Below, piece by piece: positions 42,501 to 52,348 of a stretch of DNA of 64,000 nt (within the stretch, counting starts at the first letter, position 1; each line of letters opens with the position of its first letter). The translations under genes were made by a program, and so were the position numbers. The notes under the pieces were generated by a model. That model had not been told where the DNA came from and ran no database searches. It worked only from the letters and a program-made list of their open reading frames with translations. The stretch covers positions 930,001-994,000 of the forward strand of contig SMSO01000034.1 of the NCBI GenBank assembly GCA_004764695.1, in the 5' to 3' direction. Origin of the DNA: Schizochytrium sp. TIO01. Its lineage: Eukaryota > Protista > Bigyra: Labyrinthulomycetes.

Positions 42501-45489
42501 CGATCTCCGCTCACTGCAATTTTTGAGTCTTTGCCACAATAATCTCACTGGCCTTCGTGGGGCAGATTTGCGGGCTGCTGATAGTTGCTTTACAAATCTC
42601 ATTACCCTCCGAGTATCACATAATCGATTACAGAAGATACCTAAAGCACTTGCAGCTATTGGGACGTTACAAGAGCTAATGATGGATCATAATGAGATTG
42701 CCACAATTGCGCCTGATGCATTTGCAGGTCCTGAAATGCGAGTTATTGATCTATCTTTCAACAGAATCCGCGATCTTCCAGAAAATGATCCTAATTGGAC
42801 AACCATGAGCTCTTCACTGGTCAGCCTCAACTTGCGGAACAATCAACTTTCTACGATGCCCAGAGCTCTTGGGGAGTCACTAACGGCATTGATCCATTTA
42901 GACATTGCGGATAATCGCATTGACTCTCTTCCAGACTCCTTTGGCACTGGCCTAATATCTATGCAAACATTGCATCTAGAGGGCAATAATTTGCTCAAGC
43001 TCCCAAGCGGGATTGGTAAAGCGCAAGCTTTAGAAACGCTCACACTTCAACATAACGCTCTTGCAGAGCTTCCCGATACTATTTGTTCTCTTACTACTCT
43101 TCGTGAGCTTCGTGTAAACAACAACCGATTAACCGCACTCCCAGACCGTTTAGGAGATCTTTCAGCATTAGAGTCGCTCAAATTACAATGCAATCGCCTT
43201 ACCCGACTCCCAGCTAACTTCTCCAATCTGCCTAGTCTAACTCAATGCTGGCTTCACCAAAATGATATCGAAAGCTTGCCATCAGGTGTTCCAACTGCTC
43301 TTCGTCACTGGAAATTGCACAATAACCGCATTCGGGAACTGCCCAACAGCATCGGAGAACAGGGTGGCCAGCTGGAACACCTTGATCTCGCAGGCAATGT
43401 CATTCAGAAGCTGCCGCAGTCTTTCTATCGTCTACGCGCCTTGCGATTCTTGAGACTCGATGGAAATCCTCTTGAAGAAAAACTTGCTGAAGTGGTCGAA
43501 AGCGGCAAGTACCGTACGCATGACGAAGAAAATTATGGTATATTACTTCGAAAGCTCATCGATGGACTTAAAACATATGATCTCGAAAACCGCATGGACA
43601 CGGCACTAGGGATGACCGTCGCCCAGGCAATGCGGGAATCTGCGTATGAGCTCCAAGAAAAGCTGCAACAAGCAAAAGAAGTAGCTTTAGGAGTTAATGC
43701 GAAGCGTGCTGCAAAACTTGTTCAAGAACGGGAGGATGAGCCTCCTGCGGACAAAGGCGCAGGGGCGGTTGGCCGAGGTCGTTCATCAACCCAGCAAGCT
43801 CTTGCTCGTTGTTTACGCCGCTTCTCTGAGAAAGAAGGAAAAGACGGAAGGGAGATATCTAAAAAGGGATTTCAGACATGCCTACAGGTTGTAGGAAATT
43901 TGCTGACCCCCACAGAGGTGGCTCGGCTCACAGCAAGAGTTTTTGTATCTTTTGAACGTGAGGAAGACCCAGATATCATTTGTTTCGATGGGTTTATTGA
44001 CTCTTTAGAACATGTTACTCGTGTTGGTAATCTGCGAGAGCAGCAGGATCGTTTTGCACTTCGTAATCTCCAGGTTGCACGAGCTGTTCTCCGCTTCTGC
44101 GCAGCTCAAAACACTCGTCTAGCAACAAATGCGGCGCGCCGGTTGGTCAAGTCGCCGCGATCATCACGCCCCTCTGGCCGAAGAACATCAAGTGACAAAT
44201 CATCTTCGACAAGCTATGTACCAACTGAAACCAGTCTCCAAGCTCTACACATGCGCAACCAGACGCTTGACTCTCAAATTGCACAATTGCAGCAAAAAGT
44301 TGATGAGGCCCAAAAGAAAGCCAGAGTCGTTCTTGAATACGAGCGCCTCGAGCATCAGCAGCAGGTGTTTGGGAATGAGCGAGGTTCTTCCCGACCTCAG
44401 TCAGCGCACCCCCAGAATCAGCAAAAAGGCCCTGACCCATCCAGACCCGCCTCGGCTCATCCTCAACGCTCCTCACCTCGCAGAACCAACATTGGTCCCG
44501 AACATGATGATGGGAGAGGGGAACTGTGGCAGGACCTCCGCATTAAAAATCGTCAAGTCCAAGAATTGCGCCGAACCCTTCAACAAACTCAAGCAATGGC
44601 TCATTATTACAATGAGGAAATTGCTCAACACGTACACGAGGTAGAGAGTCGACGCAAGAAAAAGATCAAAAAGCAAAATGAAGGCGAGCTCTCAGAAGCT
44701 GATCGAGAAGCACGTATTGCGCTTAAGGAAAAGCGTAAGAAACTTCGGGCTCTCTTTGATCGGTATGCAGAGCCAGAATCTCTAGTTCCTGGAGCTCCAA
44801 ATGGTGCTAGTTCTCACAAGAGGGTGATTAGTAAGGGTCGTATGATCTCTACCATGGGCGAATTCTTTAGGAAAATTGGCAATGGGCGCTTTGATTCATC
44901 TGATAGCAAGGACTGGCAAGCAAAGCTTCTCACTACTGTTGAAGAAGCCTTCAACAGTGGCTTGAGGGATGCCAAAACAGGTGATTTCGTAGCGTATGAT
45001 AGACAGGGCAAGGGCTATCTTGAATGGCCGGAATTCCTTCGGCTTGTCACAGAACTTGAGCGACGCGTTGCTGCAACCCTCGAAGAAAAGACGAAAGCCA
45101 CGATTGACGGTAAATCTGTTAACCAAACAGAACCAGGCAAGTCACTTCGCACTGGATTAGCCCAAGAATCTAGAATACCTGAGGAGAGTACGCACAAAGG
45201 TGATTCGATTCATTCAGGTCAAGAAGAGCAGAAACAGTCCAATAATGGAGAACACTTCGTGATACATATCGAATTTGTTGCTTCTGTTAACCGTACGCAT
45301 ACCCTTTTCCTACCCGGACCTCAAGAGACTATTGCATCACTCAAATCTCGTATTGCTTTCAGTGAGGCATTGCCTTATGCAGATATTCTGCTTTTATACA
45401 AGGGTGTACGATTGACTGATCAGACGACTCTACTCAAGGCTGGTATTAAGCCAGAAGCCCACTTGAAGCTTGTTTTGATGCCTCACTAA
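39577..45489 (+). CDS. Giant multidomain protein: IQ motif, calcyphosin-like EF-hands, WW domain, LRR array, coiled coils, EF-hand and C-terminal ubiquitin-like domain
   Basis: IQ 'AATRLQATWRGWKSR'; EF loops 'YDTANSGHISVDAF' and 'YDRQGKGYLEWPEF'; WW 'WVRYEDEQHKPYWYCQITGERTWQKP'; many LxxLxLxxNxL repeats (about 42446-43473); UBL 'ETIASLKSRI..LLYKGVRLTDQTTL..AGIK'. The first ATG is at 39577; the ORF track starts at TTG 39544. Confidence 0.9.
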   Translation: MTSTGPDYGEDEHGGFEESLGLGSLGSLSFEDDENVYHYGQGQGGHGQEWVPPPPSEASASVIITAPLRNRRAQKDREKWKNVSGPTLDFAGKPTALWQDYRQIKAKAPSNKNFIIAGIDCVALVKRLRNCWILPDNKIVQTDSVKPLAQQLAYADRAIENPLRWLNAIVQQQHGFVAQDLYSTLQEWEKKWHQAEAGEKEGAANHIKNISLAIHRALAAESAFERIERAEDVIADAMRKEGIAPTEQEANGLTQGDSNSSSQLVAHAATRLQATWRGWKSRAVITELQQKELLDLESALAADREAFRNRDASKLQKIARQRATEKYEVLHRTRDLENANAAGRSPTSSGSRSLHANLPPGLESARLCATPEMGTMQQEMGPAFQIYITKLWRICSAIRAQVTQADSLKTILDLEAELRSLASFGSDGRVSRDDLDSFFVQHAPKISAHERELFLTYLDREVCGLIPVHRVANVLRGALSDRRHLLCNWVFEKLYFETTENAYGANNTRLNNLIEFYKQFAPSKVREGKPQQVHRRYKDCERVNKDLFHKLYAKHAPWLSPPTHLWSRAAQRALIERRCLVPINNVIDIYHEILMSDQQNGQPLPLRVLNALRHAVANLEGARESISQNKTRIAQITIDRSDWLSFHAELSAGISNDEDFESVICRVARLSVDSWRAFAEKRARRDLTLRDQWALDRILRDSEASKMDKLRESLSARVFEEYERDLYEVLRKVRSSLLRVCGTDRTLENLALEFEEAPSFGDDRKLSHRDFRGALTRYGIILTREETQTLLVHYDTANSGHISVDAFFFGIRAAHANKNARMRVANENQTTKDLAKRKKKWMKAMRKTVVPDHEKFWVRYEDEQHKPYWYCQITGERTWQKPSRFERHDKAKWEAETKKRALWAQQVLKRYYIQANAVLDAQLEIVRTLVQQAMPLEACRLSRLPQSIFANPSMKKLTHLSLDRNSLDELPRAVLDLRSLQFLSLCHNNLTGLRGADLRAADSCFTNLITLRVSHNRLQKIPKALAAIGTLQELMMDHNEIATIAPDAFAGPEMRVIDLSFNRIRDLPENDPNWTTMSSSLVSLNLRNNQLSTMPRALGESLTALIHLDIADNRIDSLPDSFGTGLISMQTLHLEGNNLLKLPSGIGKAQALETLTLQHNALAELPDTICSLTTLRELRVNNNRLTALPDRLGDLSALESLKLQCNRLTRLPANFSNLPSLTQCWLHQNDIESLPSGVPTALRHWKLHNNRIRELPNSIGEQGGQLEHLDLAGNVIQKLPQSFYRLRALRFLRLDGNPLEEKLAEVVESGKYRTHDEENYGILLRKLIDGLKTYDLENRMDTALGMTVAQAMRESAYELQEKLQQAKEVALGVNAKRAAKLVQEREDEPPADKGAGAVGRGRSSTQQALARCLRRFSEKEGKDGREISKKGFQTCLQVVGNLLTPTEVARLTARVFVSFEREEDPDIICFDGFIDSLEHVTRVGNLREQQDRFALRNLQVARAVLRFCAAQNTRLATNAARRLVKSPRSSRPSGRRTSSDKSSSTSYVPTETSLQALHMRNQTLDSQIAQLQQKVDEAQKKARVVLEYERLEHQQQVFGNERGSSRPQSAHPQNQQKGPDPSRPASAHPQRSSPRRTNIGPEHDDGRGELWQDLRIKNRQVQELRRTLQQTQAMAHYYNEEIAQHVHEVESRRKKKIKKQNEGELSEADREARIALKEKRKKLRALFDRYAEPESLVPGAPNGASSHKRVISKGRMISTMGEFFRKIGNGRFDSSDSKDWQAKLLTTVEEAFNSGLRDAKTGDFVAYDRQGKGYLEWPEFLRLVTELERRVAATLEEKTKATIDGKSVNQTEPGKSLRTGLAQESRIPEESTHKGDSIHSGQEEQKQSNNGEHFVIHIEFVASVNRTHTLFLPGPQETIASLKSRIAFSEALPYADILLLYKGVRLTDQTTLLKAGIKPEAHLKLVLMPH

Positions 45490-46210
45490 AGTAAAGTTAG
45501 TATTTTTATTTCCAAAATTGTCAGAACATTTGAAAGAAACAAATGTTGAATTCGCAAATGATACTCAAAATATTAAAAAAATAAATAAAAAATCTCGCTC
45601 ATATAAACAAACTCAAAGCCACAAGCACAATTCATCACTATTATTATTATCATTATAAATCAAGGCAGCCGAAGTCAGATTTGAAACCAGAAAGAATTAC
45701 TCGTAAAACAAAGAAAATGTATAGCTTATTCGAACTTGTTAAACTCATTATCCTATTGAGGATTCTGTGAATTGTGCCACCATTCCGAGCCCAATCATCT
45801 CTGTACTCACATAGCATCAGATGTCCCATATTGAATGCAACTTTAAATGTGAATAGGGATTAAACGACTTCGCCTTTCAATGTGCCAGGTGTGATGCCTC
45901 TTTAATTCATTACCCCAATTTACCTTTAGCACGGAAATTTCATCAAGCCCGTCTTTCCCAGAGGCGAACTTTAGAGTCATTCAGTTATCAACTCCCGGGC
46001 TTATGAACCCATATAGTAAGACTACACTACGTAACGAATAGGCCTATCATGAACGGGAATATATGGGGTAACACAGGGAACCACATTAAGGGGTGGTGGT
46101 CGAGGCCCTTGCAAGCAATGATGATGACATTTTGCAGAATCCTTGCTTTTAGACTTTGCTGCTGCGATTTGGCTTAGGCGGAAAAGACTATCGACTAAAG
46201 CTGCGGGAAA

Positions 46211-47971
46211 ATGGTTGCAGCTGCAGCGTCTCGCAAGCGCAAGCGCCAGCGCCAGCGACGCGCAAGATCCGGTTCTGTGGACTCGAAGGGGTCTTCAGGT
46301 CGTGTTGATCAAGAAGACATTGCGCAAAAGCTTGAGCAAGACAAGATTGTGGCACCCAAGCGCGAGGAAACTATCTTGAAATCTCTTTCACAGCTTCAAG
46401 TCCCTGAGGGAAATGCAGATTTAAAGCATGCTGGCAAAAAACGCAAACTCGAGCAACGGAGCTTAGGCGTCTCGAATGCAGCTCAGGTGGAGCTGACTGT
46501 CGAAGAGCAATGTGCTGCGTGGAATGTAGATGGGCAAATCGGCGTAAATCTGCGGAGTCGTTTGAACATCGATCGTTTCTTTGCAGTTCAGGTCCGCGCA
46601 ATCTCAAAATTTATGGCATCTTCTGGTGATTTGTGCATCTCTGCACCCACCGGTAGCGGCAAGACCCTCATTTTCTCAGTGCCGATCGTAGCTAGTCTTA
46701 TGAATCGTGTAGTACAAAGAGTACGAGCCTTGGTTTTACTGCCTACCCGTGAACTCGCCCTTCAGTGTCGTAGCGTATTTGACTCGCTCTGCGCTGGAAC
46801 GCAGCTCAGTGTAGCATCTAGCGTGGGCCAGACACCCTTTGAGCAGGACCAGGTCGCCATCCGGTCTTGTGATATTCTGGTTTGTACTCCAGGAAGACTT
46901 GTGGATCACCTCAAACTCACAGAAGAATTCACCTTAGAACATCTCAACTTTTTAGTTATTGACGAAGCAGATCGCCTGCTCGGTCAGCGTTACCAGAACT
47001 GGCTGCAGCAAATATACGAGGCAGCATTTCAAGACCGCCCAGGCCAGGCGGTCTGGGAAAATGGTAAACTACGCCTGGAGGCTACCTCAGCTCGAAAGCA
47101 GTTTGGCAGTAGTGTTGCTTCGCATCGTTTTGACGAACCTTCAATTCGCCGGATCCTATGCTCTGCAACCCTCACGCGAAACCCGGAACAGCTCGCAGCA
47201 TTAAATCTTCGCCGCCCCATTCATGTGACTTTGCATGCCGTGGTGCCGAAATCCACGAAAGAGCATGGCAAGGCAGAAAACATCTCAGCTTGTGCTTCTG
47301 ATGGGGATACAAATGTGGGCAAAGAGGAATCTGGAGCCAAAGCTAGCGAAGAGTCTGCCGAAACCGAGGTGCTTCAAGGTTTCTCCCTACCAGAAACACT
47401 TACAGAGCATGTTATTGTATGCGAGTTAAGAGAAAAACCCATGGCATTGGTTCAACTACTCAAGTCTTTCGATGGCCAACCCACCCTCGTTTTTGCTTCC
47501 TCGGTAGAGGCAACGCACCGTCTTGCGGTCTTCCTTAAACTTTACTTGGGCGAGGGTATTGCTGAGATCTCTTCCTCGCACAACCAGAAGCAACGCAGTA
47601 AGGCTCTTGCTGCTCTGGGCAATGGAAGTATTAGCACTGTTGTTGTCTCTGACGTAATGGCTCGTGGTATTGATTTGGACAACTTAGTCAATGTTATTAA
47701 CTATGATCTTCCGAGTCGCCTCCCAGGCTATGTCCATCGCGTTGGTCGTGTCGCACGTGCAGGCAGAGATGGTAACAGTTACTCTATTCTAGAGCGTAAG
47801 AACACCAAACCATACAAGCGCATGCGTGCCAAGTTGCACCATAAGGATTCTATTCTTATTAAGTTTGATGCAGAGGCGGCTGCAGAGATTGGACCAGCGG
47901 TTACAGAGTGTCTACTGAAGATGAAGGAGACTGTCAAGGCACAGGCTAAAGCAAAGCGTCGCCTTCGTTAA
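46211..47971 (+). CDS. DDX51: DEAD-box RNA helicase DDX51/Dbp6 (60S biogenesis)
   Basis: 'FFAVQ' Q-motif, 'DLCISAPTGSGKT', 'RVVQRVRALVLLPTRELA', 'TPGRLVDHL', DEADRLL, SAT, 'LPETLTEH' and HRVGRVAR. Confidence 0.9.
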   Translation: MVAAAASRKRKRQRQRRARSGSVDSKGSSGRVDQEDIAQKLEQDKIVAPKREETILKSLSQLQVPEGNADLKHAGKKRKLEQRSLGVSNAAQVELTVEEQCAAWNVDGQIGVNLRSRLNIDRFFAVQVRAISKFMASSGDLCISAPTGSGKTLIFSVPIVASLMNRVVQRVRALVLLPTRELALQCRSVFDSLCAGTQLSVASSVGQTPFEQDQVAIRSCDILVCTPGRLVDHLKLTEEFTLEHLNFLVIDEADRLLGQRYQNWLQQIYEAAFQDRPGQAVWENGKLRLEATSARKQFGSSVASHRFDEPSIRRILCSATLTRNPEQLAALNLRRPIHVTLHAVVPKSTKEHGKAENISACASDGDTNVGKEESGAKASEESAETEVLQGFSLPETLTEHVIVCELREKPMALVQLLKSFDGQPTLVFASSVEATHRLAVFLKLYLGEGIAEISSSHNQKQRSKALAALGNGSISTVVVSDVMARGIDLDNLVNVINYDLPSRLPGYVHRVGRVARAGRDGNSYSILERKNTKPYKRMRAKLHHKDSILIKFDAEAAAEIGPAVTECLLKMKETVKAQAKAKRRLR

Positions 47972-48282
47972 TTATGAAAATAAGTACCATCACATTTTGT
48001 TTGCTTATCTTTTTTCGCAGTTTCCAATTCAGCCTATCAACTTCTGTGTTGAACTGCCCTTTCTTTGCTTTGAGTCCCCAAAATCGACATGTCTGTCCAA
48101 CTTTTCTTTTTACCTGTCTCAGCAAACACAACCCCAGAACTATGTTGACTTAGAGCCGACCAACGCATCTCCTATCCGTCTGTGTCTCATCCTCGTTGGC
48201 GGAAAGCAGTTATAGCTGTAGGCGGGTAGTATCAGAATTCGTCTCATGTTTCGAAACTAAAAAGAAACTTTAATTTTTTAAA

Positions 48283-51060
48283 TTAAAACATATCGTCCAC
48301 TGGATCCTCATTGAGGGATCGCTTGAGAACAAGTGCATCAATGATGCGCTTCATCATCTTGACACGCTTTGCCAAAAGGCTATCCGGGCCGTCAGGAATC
48401 AAGAGATGGCGATGGAAGAATAAGAGGATTCCATCACTCACCACAGAAAACTCCTTACTACCACCCAAACGATTAATAGTCTTAGCAACACGACGCGCTG
48501 CATCACGATCTTCGCCACCGTAACACAAAAGGCTTGCAAAAAAGACATTGAAGAACGCCACACCTTCATCTTCAAGGCTAGCGAAATCAACACTCTTAAG
48601 AGCGGCCAAAGACAACGTAAAGTGGAGCATAAGCTGGGCCAGAAGCTTTGCCAAATTTGATACTTGGCGCGGTTTTAGACTCTCCATCTCTTTAAACTTA
48701 TCCCAAAACAAGAGCTGGAAGGTAAACTTGAACTGTGGCTTTTGCTGGCAGAGTTTGACAGCGAGTTCTCCAAAGTAAGGGTTGTAGGTCTTGGATGCAC
48801 CACAGCAACGGGCGATGACTTGGGCAATCTCGCGCTCTTGGCGGTCACGAAGGTTCAACGCCGAGAGACGGTGAACACCATCAAAGGCATCATCTGCGGA
48901 CATAATCTCACAAAAGATCGCACGACGAGCATCTGTGTTCATGTGCTGCCTTTTAGCAAGATCTAGCAACGACATTGGAGCCTTGGCAAGAGCGCGGGAG
49001 ATCGGGTTCTGCCCCCCAAGGCCACCCGCGCCGCTAGCACCGGCCTTTGCCAGAGCCATTTCTTTGTTACGACGGAGCTGCTCATCCTGGTCTTTCCAGA
49101 CTCCACCAACAATCCACCAGCGACCACGCTCCTCGGCATGCAAAAGATCATTCCACGGGAGCTGAAGAGAAACAAATCGGGAGTCTGTTGATGTACGAAC
49201 CTGGCGGACAAATCGCATGACGCGCTTGATACGTTCTTCTACAGACTCGTTGCGCTTCTTGTTGTTCTTCAACGCGTAAATCTCCTCGAGCAAGAAGTCA
49301 CGACGGGAATGGCCCACCTCGCCTTGGGTAGCCTCGTCGCGATTGTCCAAAGCTTGAAGCCTTTCAATCACACGCAGGAGACGCGCGGGGTCAGATTTAC
49401 GGAGACGATGGCCGCATTCATTAATAATAGTTATGAAAGTTTCGACCTGTGCACCGTCAAGTTCGGTCTCTGTAAGCCTATCTAACAGATCAAAAACCAG
49501 ACCGGTGCTGCTGACTCCAAATGAGACGAGATGACTCAAGAAAACAGCCAAGTTTGCTCCACGGCGATTGGCGACAACCTCTTCGTCATCATTACCCATA
49601 GCCTGGTTTTCGTCGGCCTCAGACAGAATCTTCTCGAATTTGATAACAAGCTGCTCCAAAACAGTAGAACCTACATCGGCGCCCTGAACATGGCACAGGG
49701 TAGCCACGAGTCCAGCAAAGTTGGTAGCGAGGGTGGTCATAACGATGACATCGTTCATCAAGCCACTCAGGATCACTTCAGCAAAAGACTCACTTACCAT
49801 GCTCCGGGGGTGCTCGTGATAGAGTGTCGCAATTTGGGTAGCCAGAGGCTGCATGTTGTCCTCCGTAAGACGATTAATAAGACCATTGATATAGCGGCGC
49901 AAACGAAGCTTCTCTCCGCCAAATTTCTCGAAAAATTTGCTTCTCCGCCGCGGAGCAGCTCCATCAGCTGCCTCGCTTGAATCGCCTTCGGACGGTTCCT
50001 CTTTTCCGTACAAGTTGCTCTTAGGGAGGTACGTGACATTCTCAGTAGCTACTTCGGCATCTGCAAGGGCGTCCTCAGCATCTTCATCGTCTTCATCACG
50101 ATCATCTTCGCTAAGCTCGTCCTCTTCGTCCTCATCGCTTTCTTCTTCTTCGTCCTCATCGCTTTCTTCTTCTTCGTCCTCAACGCTTTCTTCCTCGTCC
50201 TCGTCCTCGTCATCCTCACCTTCGACATCAGAATCCTGGTCTTCCTGATCCAACCTCTCGTTGCCATCGTCATCGTCATCTTCATCTTCATCCTCGTCAA
50301 AGAAGTCGTCTTCTTCGTCCTCGTCAATATCGCTGGGAAAATCTTCTCCCAGCTGAATTGGGTCTTTCATCTCAGCAAACTTCTTAGACTTCTTTTCCTT
50401 GAGTTTTTGCTTGTTACTGTCCAAACGCACAATGTTGTGAACTTCGCTTTCGACGGCCTCGTGAATTTCGTCATCAGAGCCATCTTCGAGAAATTCTTGA
50501 TCACGCTTGGACGGCTTGAGCTTGCCCTTGCGTTTGTCCTCCTTCTCGAGATCAGTAATAGACTTGCCCTTGTCTAAATCGCCTACAAATGCCAAGAGAT
50601 CCTCATCGAAACCATCCATTTGCAGCTCCTTTACGAGGCGATCCCAGTTCTTGTCACGCTTGTCATCAGAGCCACGAAGTCCGAGTTTCCGCTCTAGGTA
50701 CTCAATCTCCTCGTCCTCAGGGTTCAAAAACGCAGGAGTTGCAGAAGATGAAGATGACTTCTTGTCACTGGAGCGACCCGAAGAAGATTTAGTCTTGCGA
50801 GTTTTTGAGGCCTTCTTTGCACTGGGAGAGGCCTCAGACTCTTCGCGAGTGCGCTTACGTCCAGCCTTGGCCACAGCACGAGCTTCCTCCTCCTGTTCTC
50901 TCCACGCCTTCTTACGCTCCGCAAGCCTCTTCAAACTGGCCTGGCGGTTTGCTTTCTTATCATCGCGTTTTTGCTTACGCTCACCTTTACGATTGAGCGT
51001 CTTCTTCAGGTGCGCCTTCGTCTTGCTCATCATGGCATTGTGCCGATCTTTGCCCGCCAT
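48283..51060 (-). CDS. NOM1: Nucleolar MIF4G/MA3 domain protein NOM1/Sgd1 (40S biogenesis)
   Basis: Basic and acidic N-terminus with 'EDEEIEYLERKLG', MIF4G 'INGLINRLTEDN', 'RGRWWIVG', and MA3 'MNTDARRAIF..IMSADD' and 'YNPYF'. Confidence 0.92.
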   Translation of the reverse strand: MAGKDRHNAMMSKTKAHLKKTLNRKGERKQKRDDKKANRQASLKRLAERKKAWREQEEEARAVAKAGRKRTREESEASPSAKKASKTRKTKSSSGRSSDKKSSSSSATPAFLNPEDEEIEYLERKLGLRGSDDKRDKNWDRLVKELQMDGFDEDLLAFVGDLDKGKSITDLEKEDKRKGKLKPSKRDQEFLEDGSDDEIHEAVESEVHNIVRLDSNKQKLKEKKSKKFAEMKDPIQLGEDFPSDIDEDEEDDFFDEDEDEDDDDDGNERLDQEDQDSDVEGEDDEDEDEEESVEDEEEESDEDEEEESDEDEEDELSEDDRDEDDEDAEDALADAEVATENVTYLPKSNLYGKEEPSEGDSSEAADGAAPRRRSKFFEKFGGEKLRLRRYINGLINRLTEDNMQPLATQIATLYHEHPRSMVSESFAEVILSGLMNDVIVMTTLATNFAGLVATLCHVQGADVGSTVLEQLVIKFEKILSEADENQAMGNDDEEVVANRRGANLAVFLSHLVSFGVSSTGLVFDLLDRLTETELDGAQVETFITIINECGHRLRKSDPARLLRVIERLQALDNRDEATQGEVGHSRRDFLLEEIYALKNNKKRNESVEERIKRVMRFVRQVRTSTDSRFVSLQLPWNDLLHAEERGRWWIVGGVWKDQDEQLRRNKEMALAKAGASGAGGLGGQNPISRALAKAPMSLLDLAKRQHMNTDARRAIFCEIMSADDAFDGVHRLSALNLRDRQEREIAQVIARCCGASKTYNPYFGELAVKLCQQKPQFKFTFQLLFWDKFKEMESLKPRQVSNLAKLLAQLMLHFTLSLAALKSVDFASLEDEGVAFFNVFFASLLCYGGEDRDAARRVAKTINRLGGSKEFSVVSDGILLFFHRHLLIPDGPDSLLAKRVKMMKRIIDALVLKRSLNEDPVDDMF

Positions 51061-51953
51061 GGCGCCCTCGACTAGTTTTAACCCTTAGCAAACGCTTGGA
51101 TTCGGCCGAAAAGGTTTCTAGTTTTGATAATGCCAAGATCCTGTCGCGATATCAGTCTCTGTGCAGCGAAAGGAGCGTGGAACTGGAGCTCTAAATCCTT
51201 TTCGCAATCACTGGCCCAGTCATTCCTTTCCATTGGTTCTTGTCATCGCTCTTGCAGACTGCACAACTCAAATTTATTACCAGTGTATAGAGAGGAGAGT
51301 GTGATCACCTGTCCTTATAAGGGAAGCGTGCGAAGTACAACATTATTAAATACTATTGATATTATATGCCACTGTATATATTATATAGCAGTATTGTAGT
51401 GAGTGAATTAATGCAAAAGTTTAGAAACAGAGGGCCCACAGCTTGCCTAAGTTGAAGAGGGGGAGAGTGTTTGTTACTGGGAGGTAAAACCTTCCAACGG
51501 CTAAATAGCATTTGTTGACGGTATTGGAAGACACGGATAACTTGATGCCATTTTCTTTAAATTGATTAAGTATTTGGGTCTCGCTATGCACGAGCGTGGT
51601 GAAGCCAGGGGGTAATTCTGGATCATAATATTCGATACATGTTCATCCCGGATGGGTCTAGATAGTTAAGCACTACGAACCTTCAGAAATTGATCACAAG
51701 CTTCCATTTTGTGAACTGAGCTTTCTTGCACCAGGCTACCCACCCTCTGCTTCTTGCAATTCGAGACTTCACACTTAGAAAAGCGCCACCCCGACGTTCG
51801 TATATTGTAAACTGTAAACTGCGAGGGAGTCTTTTTTTTAAATAGTTGTGCAAACGAAGGACGTACGCTGCATAACGTTGACGAAAGTGAAAAAGTTCTC
51901 TTGACGGGCAGAAACAGTAACATTAGCATTCAGATTCGTCCTACTATCACTAT

Positions 51954-51980
51954 TAGGGTTTACAATAGGGTTTATTAGGG
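51954..51980. promoter_or_regulatory. Cluster of telo-box-like TAGGGTTT / TTAGGG units in the NOM1-SAM gene divergent promoter
   Basis: TAGGGTTT at 51954 and 51966, TTAGGG at 51975. Confidence 0.35.
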
Positions 51981-52348
51981 AGTAACAACTAGAAAAAGAA
52001 ACGAATTGTACATACATAGTGTCTGAGTTTCTGCTATTCAGCTTTTATTCACCCGACGAAACCAAGGGCCAAAGCTAGGCACTCGTAATATGAGGGTCAA
52101 GCGACGGCAAACCCCGATCCATAATTCACATTTGATACCAATATTGAAAAGAGGTTCAACCCGTGCCTCTAGTTCTAGCTTCACCTACCACGGTGAACGT
52201 TGATTTTTATCACGAAGGCTTCTGTTGCCTTCGTGCATGGCTGTGAGGGATCCTTTAATACTCTGTTTTATACTCGTGTATCCCATACACGGCGACTCAA
52301 ACCTCGTTGGCGTGAGATTAGAGAGTTGTTAATTTATCGTTCAAGGTC

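Noticed and set aside
49937-51088. Plus-strand Ser-rich ORFs (103 and 193 aa)
   Set aside because: Antisense shadows of the acidic and basic regions of NOM1.
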